DNA of 64,000 nucleotides from Octopus sinensis. Taxonomy: Eukaryota. The stretch covers positions 114,018,001 through 114,082,000 of the forward strand of contig NC_043003.1 of assembly GCF_006345805.1 (NCBI RefSeq), given 5' to 3'. Numbering within the stretch: the stretch's first letter is position 1; the number at the start of each line of letters is the position of its first letter. The translations under genes and the position numbers were made by a program. Positions 26,290 through 40,289 of the stretch are shown piece after piece. Below the pieces are notes generated by a model. The model was not told the origin of the DNA. It did not search any database and saw nothing but the letters and a program-made list of their open reading frames with translations.

Positions 26290-26830
26290 TTAATTATTTG
26301 GATTTCAGGTGCGCGAGGTCGAAGAGTTCGCCTTCCGGGTGACAGTGGATGTGGAAACCAGGAGAGTTGCGTTGGATCTCGTGGAGCGTCGCCGCCAGGT
26401 AGGTAGAGGACGAGGTTGGAGCCAGAGGGCAGCACTTTTTCAGGTATCCGGAGATGGGGAATGACTCAGAGAGTGCATTCTGCGTGCAGACATGTTGTGC
26501 CATGCCGCCATGGAGTGCGATGATGATATCGGACGAAGTGACCGGGGAAACCAAAGCGACGGAGTACAGACCTTATCAGGGAACATTTCCAAAGGCTTTG
26601 CGAAGATTCCAGGGGATGAAGAAGAGTAGTTGCTGCTGTCCACGAGCCTTTTTCTGGAGTTGCCTTGCATAGAAAATCATGTCAGTCGTTCCTAGTGACC
26701 GCCGAAAGCCTTATTGAGATTCTGGGAGGACTTCTCTCGCAACATCCAGCAGACGATCCAGAACAATTCTAGCGACAATGCTGCCGGTAGTGCTAAGCAG
26801 AGAGATGCCATTGTACTTATTCTGCGCTGA
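26290..26830 (-). mobile_element. RTE (BovB-like) LINE RT fragment
   Basis: YNGISLLSTTGSIVARIVL, LPESQ*GFRRSLGTTDMIFYARQLQKK, LRKAF, SESFPISGYLKK.CPLAPT. Confidence 0.88.
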
Positions 26831-26890
26831 CCGGTCCCCTCTCTTTTTTGCACACACAGACACACACTGACATATATATATATATATATA

Positions 26891-27067
26891 TTTTTTTTTA
26901 ATGTGTTATCTTCTCTGGATCTTTCCTTCTCCTATGTTTCCGACCAAGAGCTCCGCTCGAAACGTTAAACCCTCCTTCTTCCCTTCTTTCCTGAACGTCC
27001 AATAACACTATATTTGTTCCACTCCTCGCGTTGCTGTGTTTTTTTGTGTTTTCTTGTTTGGATTAAC

Positions 27068-27068
<1 letters not shown>
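26891..27068 (+). mobile_element. Family E element, TA-flanked, hammerhead core mutated (26936-26970)
   Basis: GTTT CCGACCA A GAGC TCC GCTC GAAA C GTT AAAC. Confidence 0.75.
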
Positions 27069-27098
<30 letters not shown>

Positions 27099-27160
27099 CG
27101 TTTAAATATTTGTTGTGCAAGATTATTGGCTAAACTGGCAATATGACCATTCCTAAATAT

Positions 27161-27192
<32 letters not shown>

Positions 27193-27265
27193 TACGTTTA
27201 AATATTTGTTGTGCAAGATTTATTGGCTAAACTGGCAATATGACCATTCCTAAATATAACAATAT

Positions 27266-27324
<59 letters not shown>

Positions 27325-28129
27325 ATATATATATGTATACATATATACATATTAGTGAGTGAGTGCATGTGAGTATGTATGTGTGTGTGTGTCTATACGT
27401 ATACAGGCGTATTATTCAGATAGTATGCGTGTTAACTTCTCCACAACCACCGAAGAGCAACATCATTCACTCAAATACCTAAAAAAGAATATTATTATGG
27501 ATTTAATTACATCCCTTCGCAGAGATGTTAACGTTTCCCGTTCCCATGTATGCATTCACGAACGAAGAAACACACTCATATCATACATATACGTATTTAC
27601 ACTAGTGTACATGTGTGTGTGTGTTAATATATAACTGAAATCTTAAAGCTTCGTTAATTTCCAGCGCCATAAGAGCAGCCGTTGGGTGGAAGAGTGCCAT
27701 TTGCAAGCAAAAGTTTGCCAAACTGAAACTCAAGAAAAGAAACTGTTTAACATATCAAATAAAGGAAGATTCTCCTAATCAGCTTCACAATATTTGTGTA
27801 TTATGTCTATGAAGGTATACATTTGTAAATTTGCATAGCTGTACACTTGCTGTCCGACATTATGGTTCCGGGTTCACAGTCCTCCTGTGTGGCACATTGG
27901 ATACGTGTCTTCTATTGTAGCCTGGGACCGATCAAAACCTTGTCAGTGGATTTGGTAGACGGAACCTGAAAGTATATTAAAAGAACCTTTACGGTTAAAA
28001 ATTATAAATATCTTATAAGCAAGGGCTAAAGAAGGTTATTCTAAAGCCAATATACTGATATATATATATATAATGTCCTGTTATCGCTATTATTATTATT
28101 GTTTTTACGTATTATTTTTGTATTCATAT

Positions 28130-28381
28130 TCGTGTAACATCGTCCGCTTTTCCGTTTTTGTTTTGTATACATTCAAAGCTTTCTTCCAAGGAATCTAATG
28201 CGCTTAGCTTACTTTTTCCTTGGGGTTGGCCAGATTGGAGCAATCTCAAGATTAATCAGCCGAAATTGCGAGGATGATCCGGTTCTTGACTGAAGATTGA
28301 AGGCTCCGGATATCCCCTCCGTGTTTTTTGTATCGTCTTCAAAATGTTTTGCGTTCTTTTCCCAGTTTGTATTTTTTATAC

Positions 28382-28385
<4 letters not shown>
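28130..28385. mobile_element. TA-flanked repeat related to the 55318-58214 tandem unit
   Basis: Shares AATCTCAAGATTAATCAGCCGAAATT and GATGATCCGGTTCTTGACTGAAGA. Confidence 0.7.
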
Positions 28386-28449
<64 letters not shown>

Positions 28450-28499
28450 ACAAATAGAGAGAGTAAGAGAGAGAGAGGGGGTTGTGAAATTGTGGAGGA

Positions 28500-29130
28500 A
28501 GACAGTTTGCCTGTACCAAGTTGTGTGTAGCGGAGATTATTGGTGTTGAGTTGATATCAAGAGATACTGGTGAGATTTTGAATGGATGTTTCCCACTCGG
28601 ATTAATATCCGTCTTTTGGATGTGGTGTTTCATATTCGGGATTGTTTAAGCAGTTCCTCCTTCCTAGCAAACACTGATCTGCCTGCATCAACAGAACGGT
28701 CAGCGGACGAAGTGGCTGCAAGTATTTTCTATATCCGAAGAGAAAGCCTAGTCTTTGAGACGTGATAAAAACTAATGTTCGAAGTGCAACCAACAGGCGC
28801 TCCGTAATCGATGCCCATCCAGTTGCAGACATCCTACTGTCACTCACGCGCACCAGAATAAATGGAGTCAGTCATTGATGGATTTCACGGAAACGAATAA
28901 CAACGTCGCTATTGTTCACAGTTGACGATTGAAATATCTTGATAAATGAGTTTCCAAAGAATGTGGTTTTCATATCAAAGGAGTTTTGTATGATTTCATA
29001 TATCTATTTGTTGGTTATCTCGTTTTGGGATTTGGTTTGCAAGATTCTTTATAAGGGTTCGTGTGTTGAAGCATATTCTATTGTGTCTGGGGAGAGTCAC
29101 TTTCTTTTTGTGCCTATAATGTAACACACT
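28500..29130 (-). mobile_element. Decayed R4/Dong-like LINE C-terminal fragment
   Basis: Broken frames resembling the RLE/C-terminal region of other R4 copies in the window. Confidence 0.45.
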
Positions 29131-29477
29131 CACCGGTAAAATTTCCGCATTTTTCTTATTTCTATTTTCCTAAAATTTTCGTTGCGTCTTGCAACCTTGT
29201 TTTTTTCAGTTTGTTATTGACTTTATTGCTATTGTCATTTAACCGAAGACTTTGCCAATAAAATAATATCATGACCGTAGCTCTTTCTGTTGTAATCTTC
29301 GCCCCTTTTACGCAGAGACAGCTCAAGCATGGCCTATGATCTGTTATTGTCTGAGATGTTCGGGCCATAAGTGCGGGCACGATATTTGTTTACGGGGTGC
29401 AAACTCTGATCCAAGAGTTTTTATGAACAAGGTTGATTATTTTCAATCTTAATATCAAAACAAACCCAGGTACAAAT

Positions 29478-29478
29478 G

Positions 29479-29520
<42 letters not shown>

Positions 29521-29690
29521 TAATAATAACAACAATAATAATAATAAAAATAATGATAATAATAATAAAAAAAAATAATAATAATAATAATAATAATGAT
29601 AATAATTATAATAATAATAATATAATAATAATAATGATAATAATAATAATAATGATAATAATAATAATAATAATGATGATGATGATAATA
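29478..29690. repeat. (AAT)n microsatellite
   Basis: Direct reading. Confidence 0.97.
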
Positions 29691-30206
29691 ATTAACATAT
29701 TTGTGCATCAATCTAATCAGATGACTCTAATAATGGAAAAGTATTATTTCAAATCAGTCGAAAATGCTTCTACACATATTTGTTTTGGCAATGAAGTTTT
29801 TCAGGAGGATGTTCAAAGCACTTTCCTTAGCCCTACACACACAAAAATAGTAAAACATGTTTAGGGGATGCTCATTCAAGCCCCTGCGCTTCCTGTTTCC
29901 GAGCAGTGATGGTTCGGGAGTGACTTTAAAAGCGTCAGGTTCAGCAAGAACAGTATAAAGTCTTTGTTCTTCATTAATGTTATTATTTTGCACCAGATTA
30001 GACAGGATCCAGCTGAACCCTAACCAAAGCAGTTCCATCTTTGGAAGATTTGTCCGTCTTCAAAGATAATTTCATTTAGGGATACGTCATCAATGAATCC
30101 CTAAAAAGTATGTTATCTGAAGGGGATTTTTGCTGCATTTCAAAGGGGTCGAGTTGACGCAGATAAACACGCTTGTGCTAACCCCTAATCAGGCTTATGT
30201 AGGTGT

Positions 30207-30611
30207 TTACTCTTTACTCTTTTACTTGTTTCAGTCATTTGACTGCGGCCATGCTGGAGCACCACCTTTAGTCGAGCAAATCGACCCCGGGACTTATTCT
30301 TTGTAAGCCTAGTACTTATTCTATCGGTCTCTTTTGTCGGACCGCTAAGTGACGGTGACGTAAACACACCAGCATCGATCGTCAAGCAATGCTAGGGGGA
30401 AAAACACAGACACACAAACATATACACATACATATATATACATATATACGACAGGCTTCTTTCAGTTTCCGTCTACCAAATTCACTCACAAGGCATTGGT
30501 CGGCCCGAGGCTATAGGAGAGGACACTTACCCAATATGCCACGCAGTGGGACTGAACCCGGAACCATGTTGTTGGTAAGCAAGCTACTTACCACACAGCC
30601 ACTCCTGCGCC
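30207..30611 (-). mobile_element. SINE family A, full length
   Basis: Matches 9503-9916. Confidence 0.9.
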
Positions 30612-31303
30612 TTTGTGTATTTCTATTTAAGGATGTGTGTTTGTGTGTGTGTTTGTGTGTGTGTAGGTGTGTGTGAGTGTGTGTGTGTGTGTGTGTAACA
30701 TGTGACTTAAAAGTCAGATAGATAAATTAGAGATAAATTAGTGTAAATCGACAGCAAATGAGATGGAAGGATGCTGAAGATGAAGATCGTGATTGTGTTG
30801 TTCTCCATCAATAGCCAACCCGAACATGACCTCCTCCTTTTATTTTTTTCTCACCCTCTGTTATCCATTCTCACATCCAACCCTCCATTGACAGCAACCC
30901 TAAGCAAACAAGTTACACATTGTACGGAAAACTTATCTTTCTTCCGAATAGTCTCCATAATTCCTGCAACACAGACAAAACAAGGGCTCTTGACACGAGA
31001 CCTTTATCTATGGAGACAAACCCTTGAAACTAAAAATTCCACTCAAATAATGAAACAAAAAAGAAAAAAAATGCACTTAAGTTACAAATAGATACATCAA
31101 AAGTAAAAAAAAAAGGAGGAAAACGAAGCGTCCCTCCCACGACCACCAACACACATTTACGGTTAAAATGGAACATCTGTTGTCTGTCACGATGTCGAAG
31201 AAGATCAGTAGGGATGATGGTTGGGGGTGAGAGGGGGGAGAAGTCATTTTTAACGATTACAGAGAGATAGATCACCACAGAGTGCGTGGTGGTGGGGGTA
31301 GGG

Positions 31304-31341
<38 letters not shown>

Positions 31342-31549
31342 GGGGGGAGAGACAAAGAAAAATAAGGAATTCAGTGAGAGCGAAAGAGACTGAAGAAAAT
31401 GAGAAGTATAATATATATATATATATATGCATGTGTGTGTGTGTATGTATTTGGTACAAATAAACAAACTCTGCTACAAGTACGGCAATATTTTCCTAAT
31501 GTTTATATATCAATAATATACACACACATATGCGGAAGTGTGTGTGTGT

Positions 31550-31570
31550 GTGCGTGTGCGTGTGTGTGTA

Positions 31571-31605
<35 letters not shown>

Positions 31606-31825
31606 ATGTATGTGTGTGTGTGTGTGTGTGTGCGTGAGAGAGAGAGAATGTGTGTGTGTGTGAGAGAGAATGTGTGTGTGTGTGAGAGAGAATGTGTGTG
31701 CTTGAGAGAAAGAGAGAATGTGTGTGTGTGAGAGAGAATGTGTGTGCTTGAGAGAAAGAGAGAATATGTGTGTGAGAAAGAATGTGTGTGTGTGTGCGTG
31801 AGAGAGAGAATGTGTGTGTGTGTAT
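31550..31825. repeat. Compound (GT)n(GA)nAT higher-order microsatellite
   Basis: Repeated GTGTGTGAGAGAGAAT modules. Confidence 0.9.
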
Positions 31826-32401
31826 ATCATGTCTATAAAAAAGAAATTTTGCTCCATCGTTAGATGTTTGACGTGACGCTTTACACCATTAGTAAAAGTA
31901 CGATTATAACCTACAGACGTACGTTAGTCGTATGTGCTTAAAAAAACCGGCTCATAAATACGAAAGTTCTAAGATTTAAAGGCTTAGGATTTAAATCTGG
32001 TATTTAAAACACGGTGGTTGGCAATGTATATATATGTGTGTGTAAACGAAGAATAAATATAATATAAATACCATAAAATTACAATTAAAAATATAATGAA
32101 GAAGACAAAGATAAAAGATTGAGGCGAAGGTAGAAAAATAAGCTGAAAATGATGAGGAATGAAAAGGTCATGGAAAGAAAAAGGATGAGGAAAGGAAAGA
32201 AAAATAAAGATGCGATAAGTGGGGCATATGTAAAGAAAAGGGGGAAACGGGATTAAGGGCGAAAAACATGTTTGGTGTATAGTTACATTATAATGTGTAA
32301 GAGTATTAGTAACGGCGGTCTTTGCAGGAATATGGAACTAAACACAAACATACGCACAGACAAGTGCGTGCATGTATACATGTATATGTGTGTGAGGTGA
32401 A

Positions 32402-32449
<48 letters not shown>

Positions 32450-32779
32450 ATATGTATATATGAGATGTGGAAGAAAGGAGAAAGCTTGCATTAGTATCCA
32501 AAGGAGGGAAGGGAATAGATGGGAAAGTGGATGTATAAAAGCATTGTAGGGAGCAAGAAGTAATCTCATAGTTGTACGGTTGAGTAGGAAAAAAAGGATG
32601 GAGGGGCGAGAGAGAGAGAGAGAGAGAGAGAGAGGGGGAGAGAGAGTAAAAAAAAATGAAGAAGCGAAAGAAAAGAAAATTTACAAAACAAAACAGAGTA
32701 AAAGAATATAAAAAAAAAATGTCGGGAGAGAGATGAATGTTAAGTGTAGCGGAGAAAAGAAGCCAGATGAACATTGCTG

Positions 32780-34650
32780 TTCAAATTATAATAAAGCAGA
32801 AAGTCCAATAGAGAAAACAGATTCTCTCTCTAATTGGGAGAAAAAGAAGGAACCAGTTTTCCCAAAAGTCTGCAGTCTTTGTAAGAAATATCTTCCAACA
32901 ACATAAAGCTTTGACACAAAGTTGTGAGTTAGAACAGTAAATATTCAAAGAATATTCAAAGCACTTCAAAGAACTTCCACAGACGTTTGAAAAATTCCAA
33001 ACGTAATCTACCTATGAAGCTACAATACCTGCAGCCTCTGGGTTGAATATTATTCTTAATTTGTGAATATTTTGATAACATCGAAATTAGTTAGTTTCTT
33101 AAATTTAATTGGTTGTGCAAAAACGCCAAATAAAGAATTTCTCAACCGTACACAAACAGCACGTTTTAGAACACCCACCACACGAATCACGAATTCCCCG
33201 AATGATGGCAATTCGTCTTTCAGTTTCCGAATGTGCGACGACATGGATGTAGCATTTTGTTTGTCCGGGAGCTTAAATGAATACGTAGGTCGTGTGTCCT
33301 AACAAATGAATGTATCGTTTGGCCTTCTGCTAATATGCACTTCATCTTTTCATCTGATGGTAAGTTGCAGTTGAGTGGTGCAATCTCTTTGAGCTTGCAT
33401 TCGAGCTTATCAGACAGAACATATTTCTCGAGGATCTGCCTTTCATGTACCATGATGTCACGTGCCTCGTACGTGTAGACTTAGTTAATGAAAGCATTTC
33501 TTCACTTGACGGTCAAAAGATGTTACCAAATAGATGTGATGGGAAATTAAAAAAAACTCTCTATTGATATTGAGCTCCTACCTCCAGGTTTTCGTTTTAA
33601 GTAGACGAGGTCTACGTCACTGTTGATATGAAGATTACTTGTGCTGGTCCGTTTCTTTAATGGCTCGGATCTCACAAGCATCCAGTAGCCCAAATGTTGG
33701 TATAAGTACTGGTTCTGCAAACACATTGAGAGGGCCAACTGTTTTATTGTATAATGGGAGCTCCGTCCTCCATATTTTTCTTAACCGACTGTTATGTTCC
33801 TTAGAAATTCATTCCTAATTCGTCCCTAGGTGCCTGTAATATTCCTCATCAAATATAGGAGAAACACTCAAATATTTGATGGAGATGCTACTTGTATAGC
33901 TTTCCCTCTTTTCATAATCATATCGGAACATTTATCCTGACCAAACCCCAACCCTATATCGTTGCGACTGTTGTGACCAGATCAAGTCTATTTTTCATAT
34001 CATCAGTATTCCTGGCATTACAGCTTCATCAGTAAAGAAGTGAGTCATTTTCAGTTGGAAACGGAAGCCTTTGAGGCGATTAATCTGTTCATAATTGTAG
34101 TATCAATACCTTCTACGGTTAACTACTGCCTCTAGTTGCTTCCCTCTTGGGATCTCTAAGTCAAGTCGGGAATTTTCTCCAATATTTCAAATTTCATCTG
34201 AATTAGAATCTCGAACCCCATCCCAGCCCAATTTTCTTTTACAAATTTGTTTTGCTTTTTCTGCTGGGATCTTCCAAATCTACACATTTCACCAGAAATC
34301 AACTTCTGGTGTTATATTTGTGCTTTTTAATCGCATAATTTTTTGTCCCAGGTAAATTGGTAGCAGTATAAAACCATGAGTACTTTATTGATCAGTAGAG
34401 TACTTCTGGGCCAGAATAACTCGCATGTATTTGAACTTACGTGTATTTTCTACAAAATGAATGTCTTGCCAGATCGGTCTGAAAATATGTTCTATTTCCT
34501 GTTTTTATGTCGATAAGCATCCATAAAGAATTGTTTTACTTTTCGTTCGGTCTGAAAGGTTTTGCGGGACATTGAGCGTAAATCTTCTCTATTCTAGTCT
34601 GTTGATCAGTTTCTCCGATTCTTCTAAATATTCATGCTTTTTATCGACTG
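32780..34650 (-). mobile_element. Heavily decayed R4/Dong-like LINE ORF
   Basis: NLHINSDVDLVYLKRKPGGRS.ISIE matches the HPxADxDxLY..R..GGRGL motif; HSETERRIA resembles the SETEG motif. Confidence 0.7.
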
Positions 34651-35529
34651 AGATGAGATCAAAACTTTAGTGATTTTGGCAAAAGAAATATTGGTGCTGT
34701 GCTTTCACCGCGACTGCTGTTAGCATCATCGCTGTCGTTGCTGTGAATCGCTTCTTTTGTGGCGGTGGTTTTGTTTGCACCGCTCTGGTTCGTTCCTACA
34801 GCAGTAGCAATGTACGGTTTGAATGTTGCTGGTGATTGTGTGACCTTCTTTGTTTGATATGTCAAAGGTCTTACTACTTGTTGCTATAGATCTTGCTGTT
34901 GTTCTTGTTGCTACTGCTGTAACTATTGACAAGGCTGTTACTATGTGTAACCACCGTTACGTCTGCAGAAAACTGCGTGGCAGGAAATGACTGAAAAAGA
35001 TGATTCTAGCCTCACACCTTCGTCTCTTGCTGGATGCCTTTCAAAGATGACTTCTTTAAAAATTTTATTCTTTACATTTCGAAGAAATTTCTTGCTAATC
35101 GTTCAATTTTTAACCAATAAACTCAGCCAAACAAATATTTTCTGTCATGTCAGCAATAAGTTTATTTATTAGTAAACACCAAGCCCACCGTGTCACACAG
35201 AACTGGTTCCGGTTATTTACGCCTTAAGTTCAAATTCCGTTTCCGAAGTGACTTCTGCCTTCCAGAATTGATAAAATAAAGTACCAGTTCTGGGGGTCAG
35301 CATAGTCATCCGTTTCTTTCTCTTAAAGATTCTAGAATAAATTAGAAACAATGAACTAAGCGCCGAGGGTCATTAGAAAGTTGGGAAAAAATAGGTTTGT
35401 GCTATTTCTTCAGGGTCTTAACTTTCTCATTTCAAATCCTGCCTTTCATGCATAAAGTATCGGCAAAATAAAATAACAATCGAGTATGGAGGTCGATGGT
35501 GTTGACCTCAGTACACCTCTCAAAACCGC

Positions 35530-35880
35530 TGACCTTGCTCCACAAGGACGACGTCACTGTCATGGTGTCGGACTCTTCGGATACTATACTGAAAGAATAT
35601 AAGGTGTGTGCAGCAGCGGACATAATCCTGGACAAATCAGTGGGTCTGCAACTAGGTTCTCATGTTGAGTAGCGGCGATTTCTGTCGCTGGACGAAGGGT
35701 CCAGTGAAAGTGCCGGAGTCTGGTTCGGACCAGATCTCCAGGTCGATAGGAACTTGGAAGAGGTCACGATTAGGGTGGCTAAGCAGAAAGAAGCTGCCTC
35801 TGAAAGGCCGAGCGGAAGCAGTGAATGCATTTGTCGCGTCAACAGTGTACTGCCGCTTAACCGTCGTACGTTCCCCGAAG
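35530..35880 (+). mobile_element. L1/Tx1-like LINE RT fragment
   Basis: HKDDVTVMV (YADD-like), DKSVGLQLG, VWFGPDLQ, LKGRAEAVNAFVASTVYCRLTVV. Confidence 0.8.
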
Positions 35881-35882
35881 TA

Positions 35883-35920
<38 letters not shown>

Positions 35921-36504
35921 ATAGTAGAACGGCAAGAAGAAGAAGAACAATAGCAGTGAAGTGGTTCAGCGAAAGCGAATGAGAAAAGCAAATGTCCAAA
36001 GAAGAATCTGAGGGGTCGGGGGGGGGGGGCAGAATGGCAGGAAATAGAAATGGATCTGGTTGTGTGGTTGTATGTTGAGGAGGTTTGCTTGGTTGCCATT
36101 GAACAGCCCCGTATTTGATAGTTGTTTATTGGTGGTGGGAATGGTGTGGGAGGATCAGAAGTGGTGGCTGCGGAGGGAGCGACTGCAATGGTGAGTTATT
36201 AGATATGGAAACGGGAAGAACATAAGCAATGAAATGAGAGAACATCTGTGTAGTCATGTGATGCTGCGTCTTTGCATGCACGCACGCGCACACACACACC
36301 ACATTCATACATGTACAGACACGTGCATATGTATATGTATAAACATGTCCATGTATATTTGTATATGTATACACACGTGCGTATGTACAGATACTCACAC
36401 ACATACACACACTCACACATACGACTGTGTTTGAGTTAATCATGTCAAAATGAATTTCGAATATAAATTTACAGCATATCAGAATATATGGTTCTATATA
36501 CGTT

Positions 36505-36830
36505 CATTTTATCTATCTATCTATCTATCCTATCTATCTCTTTATTTTTCTATCTTTCTATCCTATCTATCTCTCTCCATCTATCTATATCTATCTCTTT
36601 ATTTTTCTATCTATATCTATCTATCTATCTATTTATTTTTCTATCTATATCTATCTATCTATCTATCTATTTATTTTTCTATCTATATCTATCTATCTAT
36701 CTATCTATTTATTTTTCCATCCATCCATCCATCCATCCATCCATCCATCCATCCATCCATCCATCCATCCATCCATCCATCCATCCATCTATCTATCTAT
36801 CTATCTATCTATCTATTATCTATCTATCTC
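36505..36830. repeat. (TATC)n/(TCCA)n microsatellite with TTTATTTTTC spacers
   Basis: Direct reading. Confidence 0.95.
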
Positions 36831-37388
36831 TACCGCTAATGTCTGTCTGTCTGTTTATATTGGAGACTGTATAAACATACTCTCATGTATTCGCGAATAA
36901 ACGAATTCTTGCATCTGAATGTCTTTATGCGAGTGAGCAAGTGTGTCACTAAGCGCGCGAGTGCACGCACTTGCACGCGTTTGCACGTTTGTGTGTGGTG
37001 TTGTTTGGAGTAGGACGTTCACGTATTTGGGTCAGTGTTTGTATATAAACGCGCTTCTGCTGTGACTAAGAGGGTTACCAAGGGAGTGTTAAGTGTATTC
37101 AAAAACAATATTATTGTTATTGTGTTTGTTACACCAGCCTTAACCCTGTCCAGGTTTCCTTCAAATATATTTTACCCTTGAGTGTAAGCTTATTGGAGAT
37201 CAGCCCAACGTTAGAACACCAAACTGCCTGTTATGTTTCCTATAATTGGCCAACGTCAGTTTTGATTTGTGGTCATTCGCTCAGTAATTCTATGCATATT
37301 CAATGTTCAGTGCTATGCAATTTTACTCCATCCAAATGAATGTATAACATATGACCTGATGACTATATGAGGATTATACATACATATA

Positions 37389-37807
37389 GGCGCAGGAGTG
37401 GCTGTGTGGTAAGTAGATTGCTTACCAACCACATGGTTCCGGGTTCATTCCCACTGCGTGGCACCTTGGGCAAGTGTCTTCTACTATAGCCTCGGGCCGA
37501 CCAAAGCCTTGTGAGTGGATTTGGTAGGCGGAAACTGGAAGAAGCCCGTTGTATATATGTATATATGTATATATATATGTGTGTGTATATGTTTGTGTGT
37601 CTGTGTTTATCCCCCCCCCACCATTGCTTGACAACCGACGGTGGTGTGTTTTCGTCCTCGTAACTTAGCGGTTCAGCAAAAGAGACTGATAGAATAAGTA
37701 CTAGGCTTACAAAGAATAAGTCCTGGGGTCGATTTACTCGACTAAAAGGCGGTGCTCCAGTATGACCGCAGTCAAATGACTGAAACAAGTAAAAGAGTAA
37801 AAGAGTA
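37389..37807 (+). mobile_element. SINE family A, full length
   Basis: GGCGCAGGAGTGG head to AAAAGAGT tail. Confidence 0.92.
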
Positions 37808-39574
37808 CATGAATACACAACATATACATGCATACATACACATCTACACACATATGTGCATATATATTCCGAAACTCGTCTTTGGGCCATAAATGTTTCC
37901 CGCCACAAAAAATGGGAGGCAACTCAGTCGGTGCCGGCAGAGGATGATAATCGAAATATCTGAAGCAATCTCTGGGAGACAATTTAGAACTGGCAATACA
38001 GTCTTAGGAGCAACAACAACAAGGCACCCATACAATTTTCCAAGATTCTACTTTAGTTTCGCTATCAGTCTGTTAATGACCAAAACGTTGACATAGCTGA
38101 TTGGTCCTCAACTTTTATAAGCATCAACATCTGGCAGCTGGAGAATGGTCTACGATCTCACATTCTTTCGATCCATCTTCATTGGAACACTCATGTCAAA
38201 CACTTTGCTCAACCGACCGATGGGAGGAGTAGACACAGCGTTCATCAACCAGAGAAAGAAGTCTGAAAGGATTTCAAGCTAAGGACTTGCAACAGCACTT
38301 GAGCTAACTGTACTTATGCTTTCGGCACACAGCGTCACAGTTGTGTGATTTGGAGTTTCTAGTCGAGATAAGCCCGGTTCTTATACCTTCTGCCTTCGCA
38401 ACGTAAGTCAAAGGAACTGACAGATTTCCATTAAAGAATTTCTCGCCTGCAAGACTCCTCATACATCTCTGGTCCATGATACGCTTAACACCAGCAAGAC
38501 AAGTAACGTATAACATGGTCAACATGGTAATGCCATAGATATTGCTATGTTGAACCTTGGCTTCGCAGTCGGCAACTTTTTTCCTGAGTCCTATGTTGCT
38601 CCCTGCCGCATTCAAAATTCCTAATAAGGAGAGTAACGCAGCAAAAACATCAAAAGAACAACAGTAAACAACTGTCTAAAAAATTTCTAAAGCTTATAAA
38701 TTACCAAAATCAAACAATATTTCTTATAAATTATTTTATATATACGTTTTGCAGTTGTTTTGTTTCATCGATATTCTAATAAAAATGATTATTATTAAAA
38801 TCATTTAAATAATAATAAATAATAGTAATTCTTTTTCATAATTAATTCAGCAATGATAAAACTTGTTATGCTCAATTCCATTAATTTATCAAATTTTAAT
38901 CTATTTAATTAATTTTTTCCTAATATAATACAAAGTTCTAAATATGGTGTTAAGCAGTCTATTTTTATTCTAACTACTATTTTTATTGATTAATTTTTGC
39001 CAATTTTTTATAATTAAGAAAGAAAGCCATTCTTTTGGTCAAACGATTAAAAAATAAATCTTTTGTTGAAAACAGAAAGTAAAATGCATTGTTTAATGAG
39101 CTTAAATTGGAATATTTAGGCATCAAATCTAAGAAAAATTTTATTCTGAATGAATCTTGGCATTTTTATTAAATTTCAATTAAAAAATTGTATCTTTTGT
39201 ACCTAAATTTGCTCTTCAAACCATTTTGTTCGACCCCAAAAATTTGATTTTTTGCACCCATTTTGCTTTTATCACTGAAAGCACAAATTGTTGCTCAATC
39301 AACAAATGTCATGGAAATGAAACGTCTACAGAAGGAAGACATCAATGGTTTGTAAATGCAATTCCTCAAATATATCTATAGTCTCACAACTTATTTTTTC
39401 ATACGATACCATCACTAGCATCATCACTATTACCATTAGTACCTAATGCAAATATTTTCAGATATCTAATGATCTCTTTTATCGTTTGTTTGCTAATCGT
39501 TAATCCTGATCGTTAAGCCTGATCGCGTCAACTCTTCGTATAAATGATGCAATTTATGTATCCCACCATATATA

Positions 39575-39740
39575 GGCGCAGGAGTGGCTGTGTGGTAAGT
39601 AGCTTGCTAACCAACCACATGGTTGCGGGTTCAGTCCCACTGCGTGGTATCTTGGGCCAGGTGTCTTCTGCTATAGCCCCGGGCCGACCAATGCCTTGTG
39701 AGTGGATTTGGTATACGGAAACTGAAAGAAGCCTGTCGTA

Positions 39741-39799
<59 letters not shown>

Positions 39800-40011
39800 G
39801 TTTGTGTGTCTGTATTTGTCCCCCTAGCATTGCTTGACAACCGATGCTGGTGTGTTTACGTTCCCGTCACTTAGCGGTTCGGCAAAAGAGACCGATAGAA
39901 TAAGTACTGGGCTTACAAAGAATAAGTCCCGGGGTCGATTTGCTCGACTAAAGGCGGTGCTCCAGCATCTCCGCAGTCAAATGACTGAAACAAGTAAAAG
40001 AGTAAAGAGTA
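39575..40011 (+). mobile_element. SINE family A, full length
   Basis: GGCGCAGGAGTGG head to AAAGAGT tail. Confidence 0.92.
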
Positions 40012-40289
40012 TATACTTTAATGATAATTGCATTCTTTTTGGAGAATATATTTTCAGCTTTCTTTCAAAAAGATCCCTCGAGTTCACACACATGGTTCGG
40101 AAGCAACATTTGACGAACAGAATTGAACAGAATTTGATGAGGCTAAGTTAAAAGAGCCATTTCAATATATTGTTAAACAGAATGAATCATTCATATTTGG
40201 TTAATTATAATAATCGCTTGTAAATAAATTATGCAATTATTCTAAACAGCAACAATAACAACAATCACTTCTAAGGTTCACAATGGCAT

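Noticed and set aside
37035-37075. TATATAAA TATA-box candidate
   Set aside because: Common by chance in AT-rich DNA; no downstream exon identified
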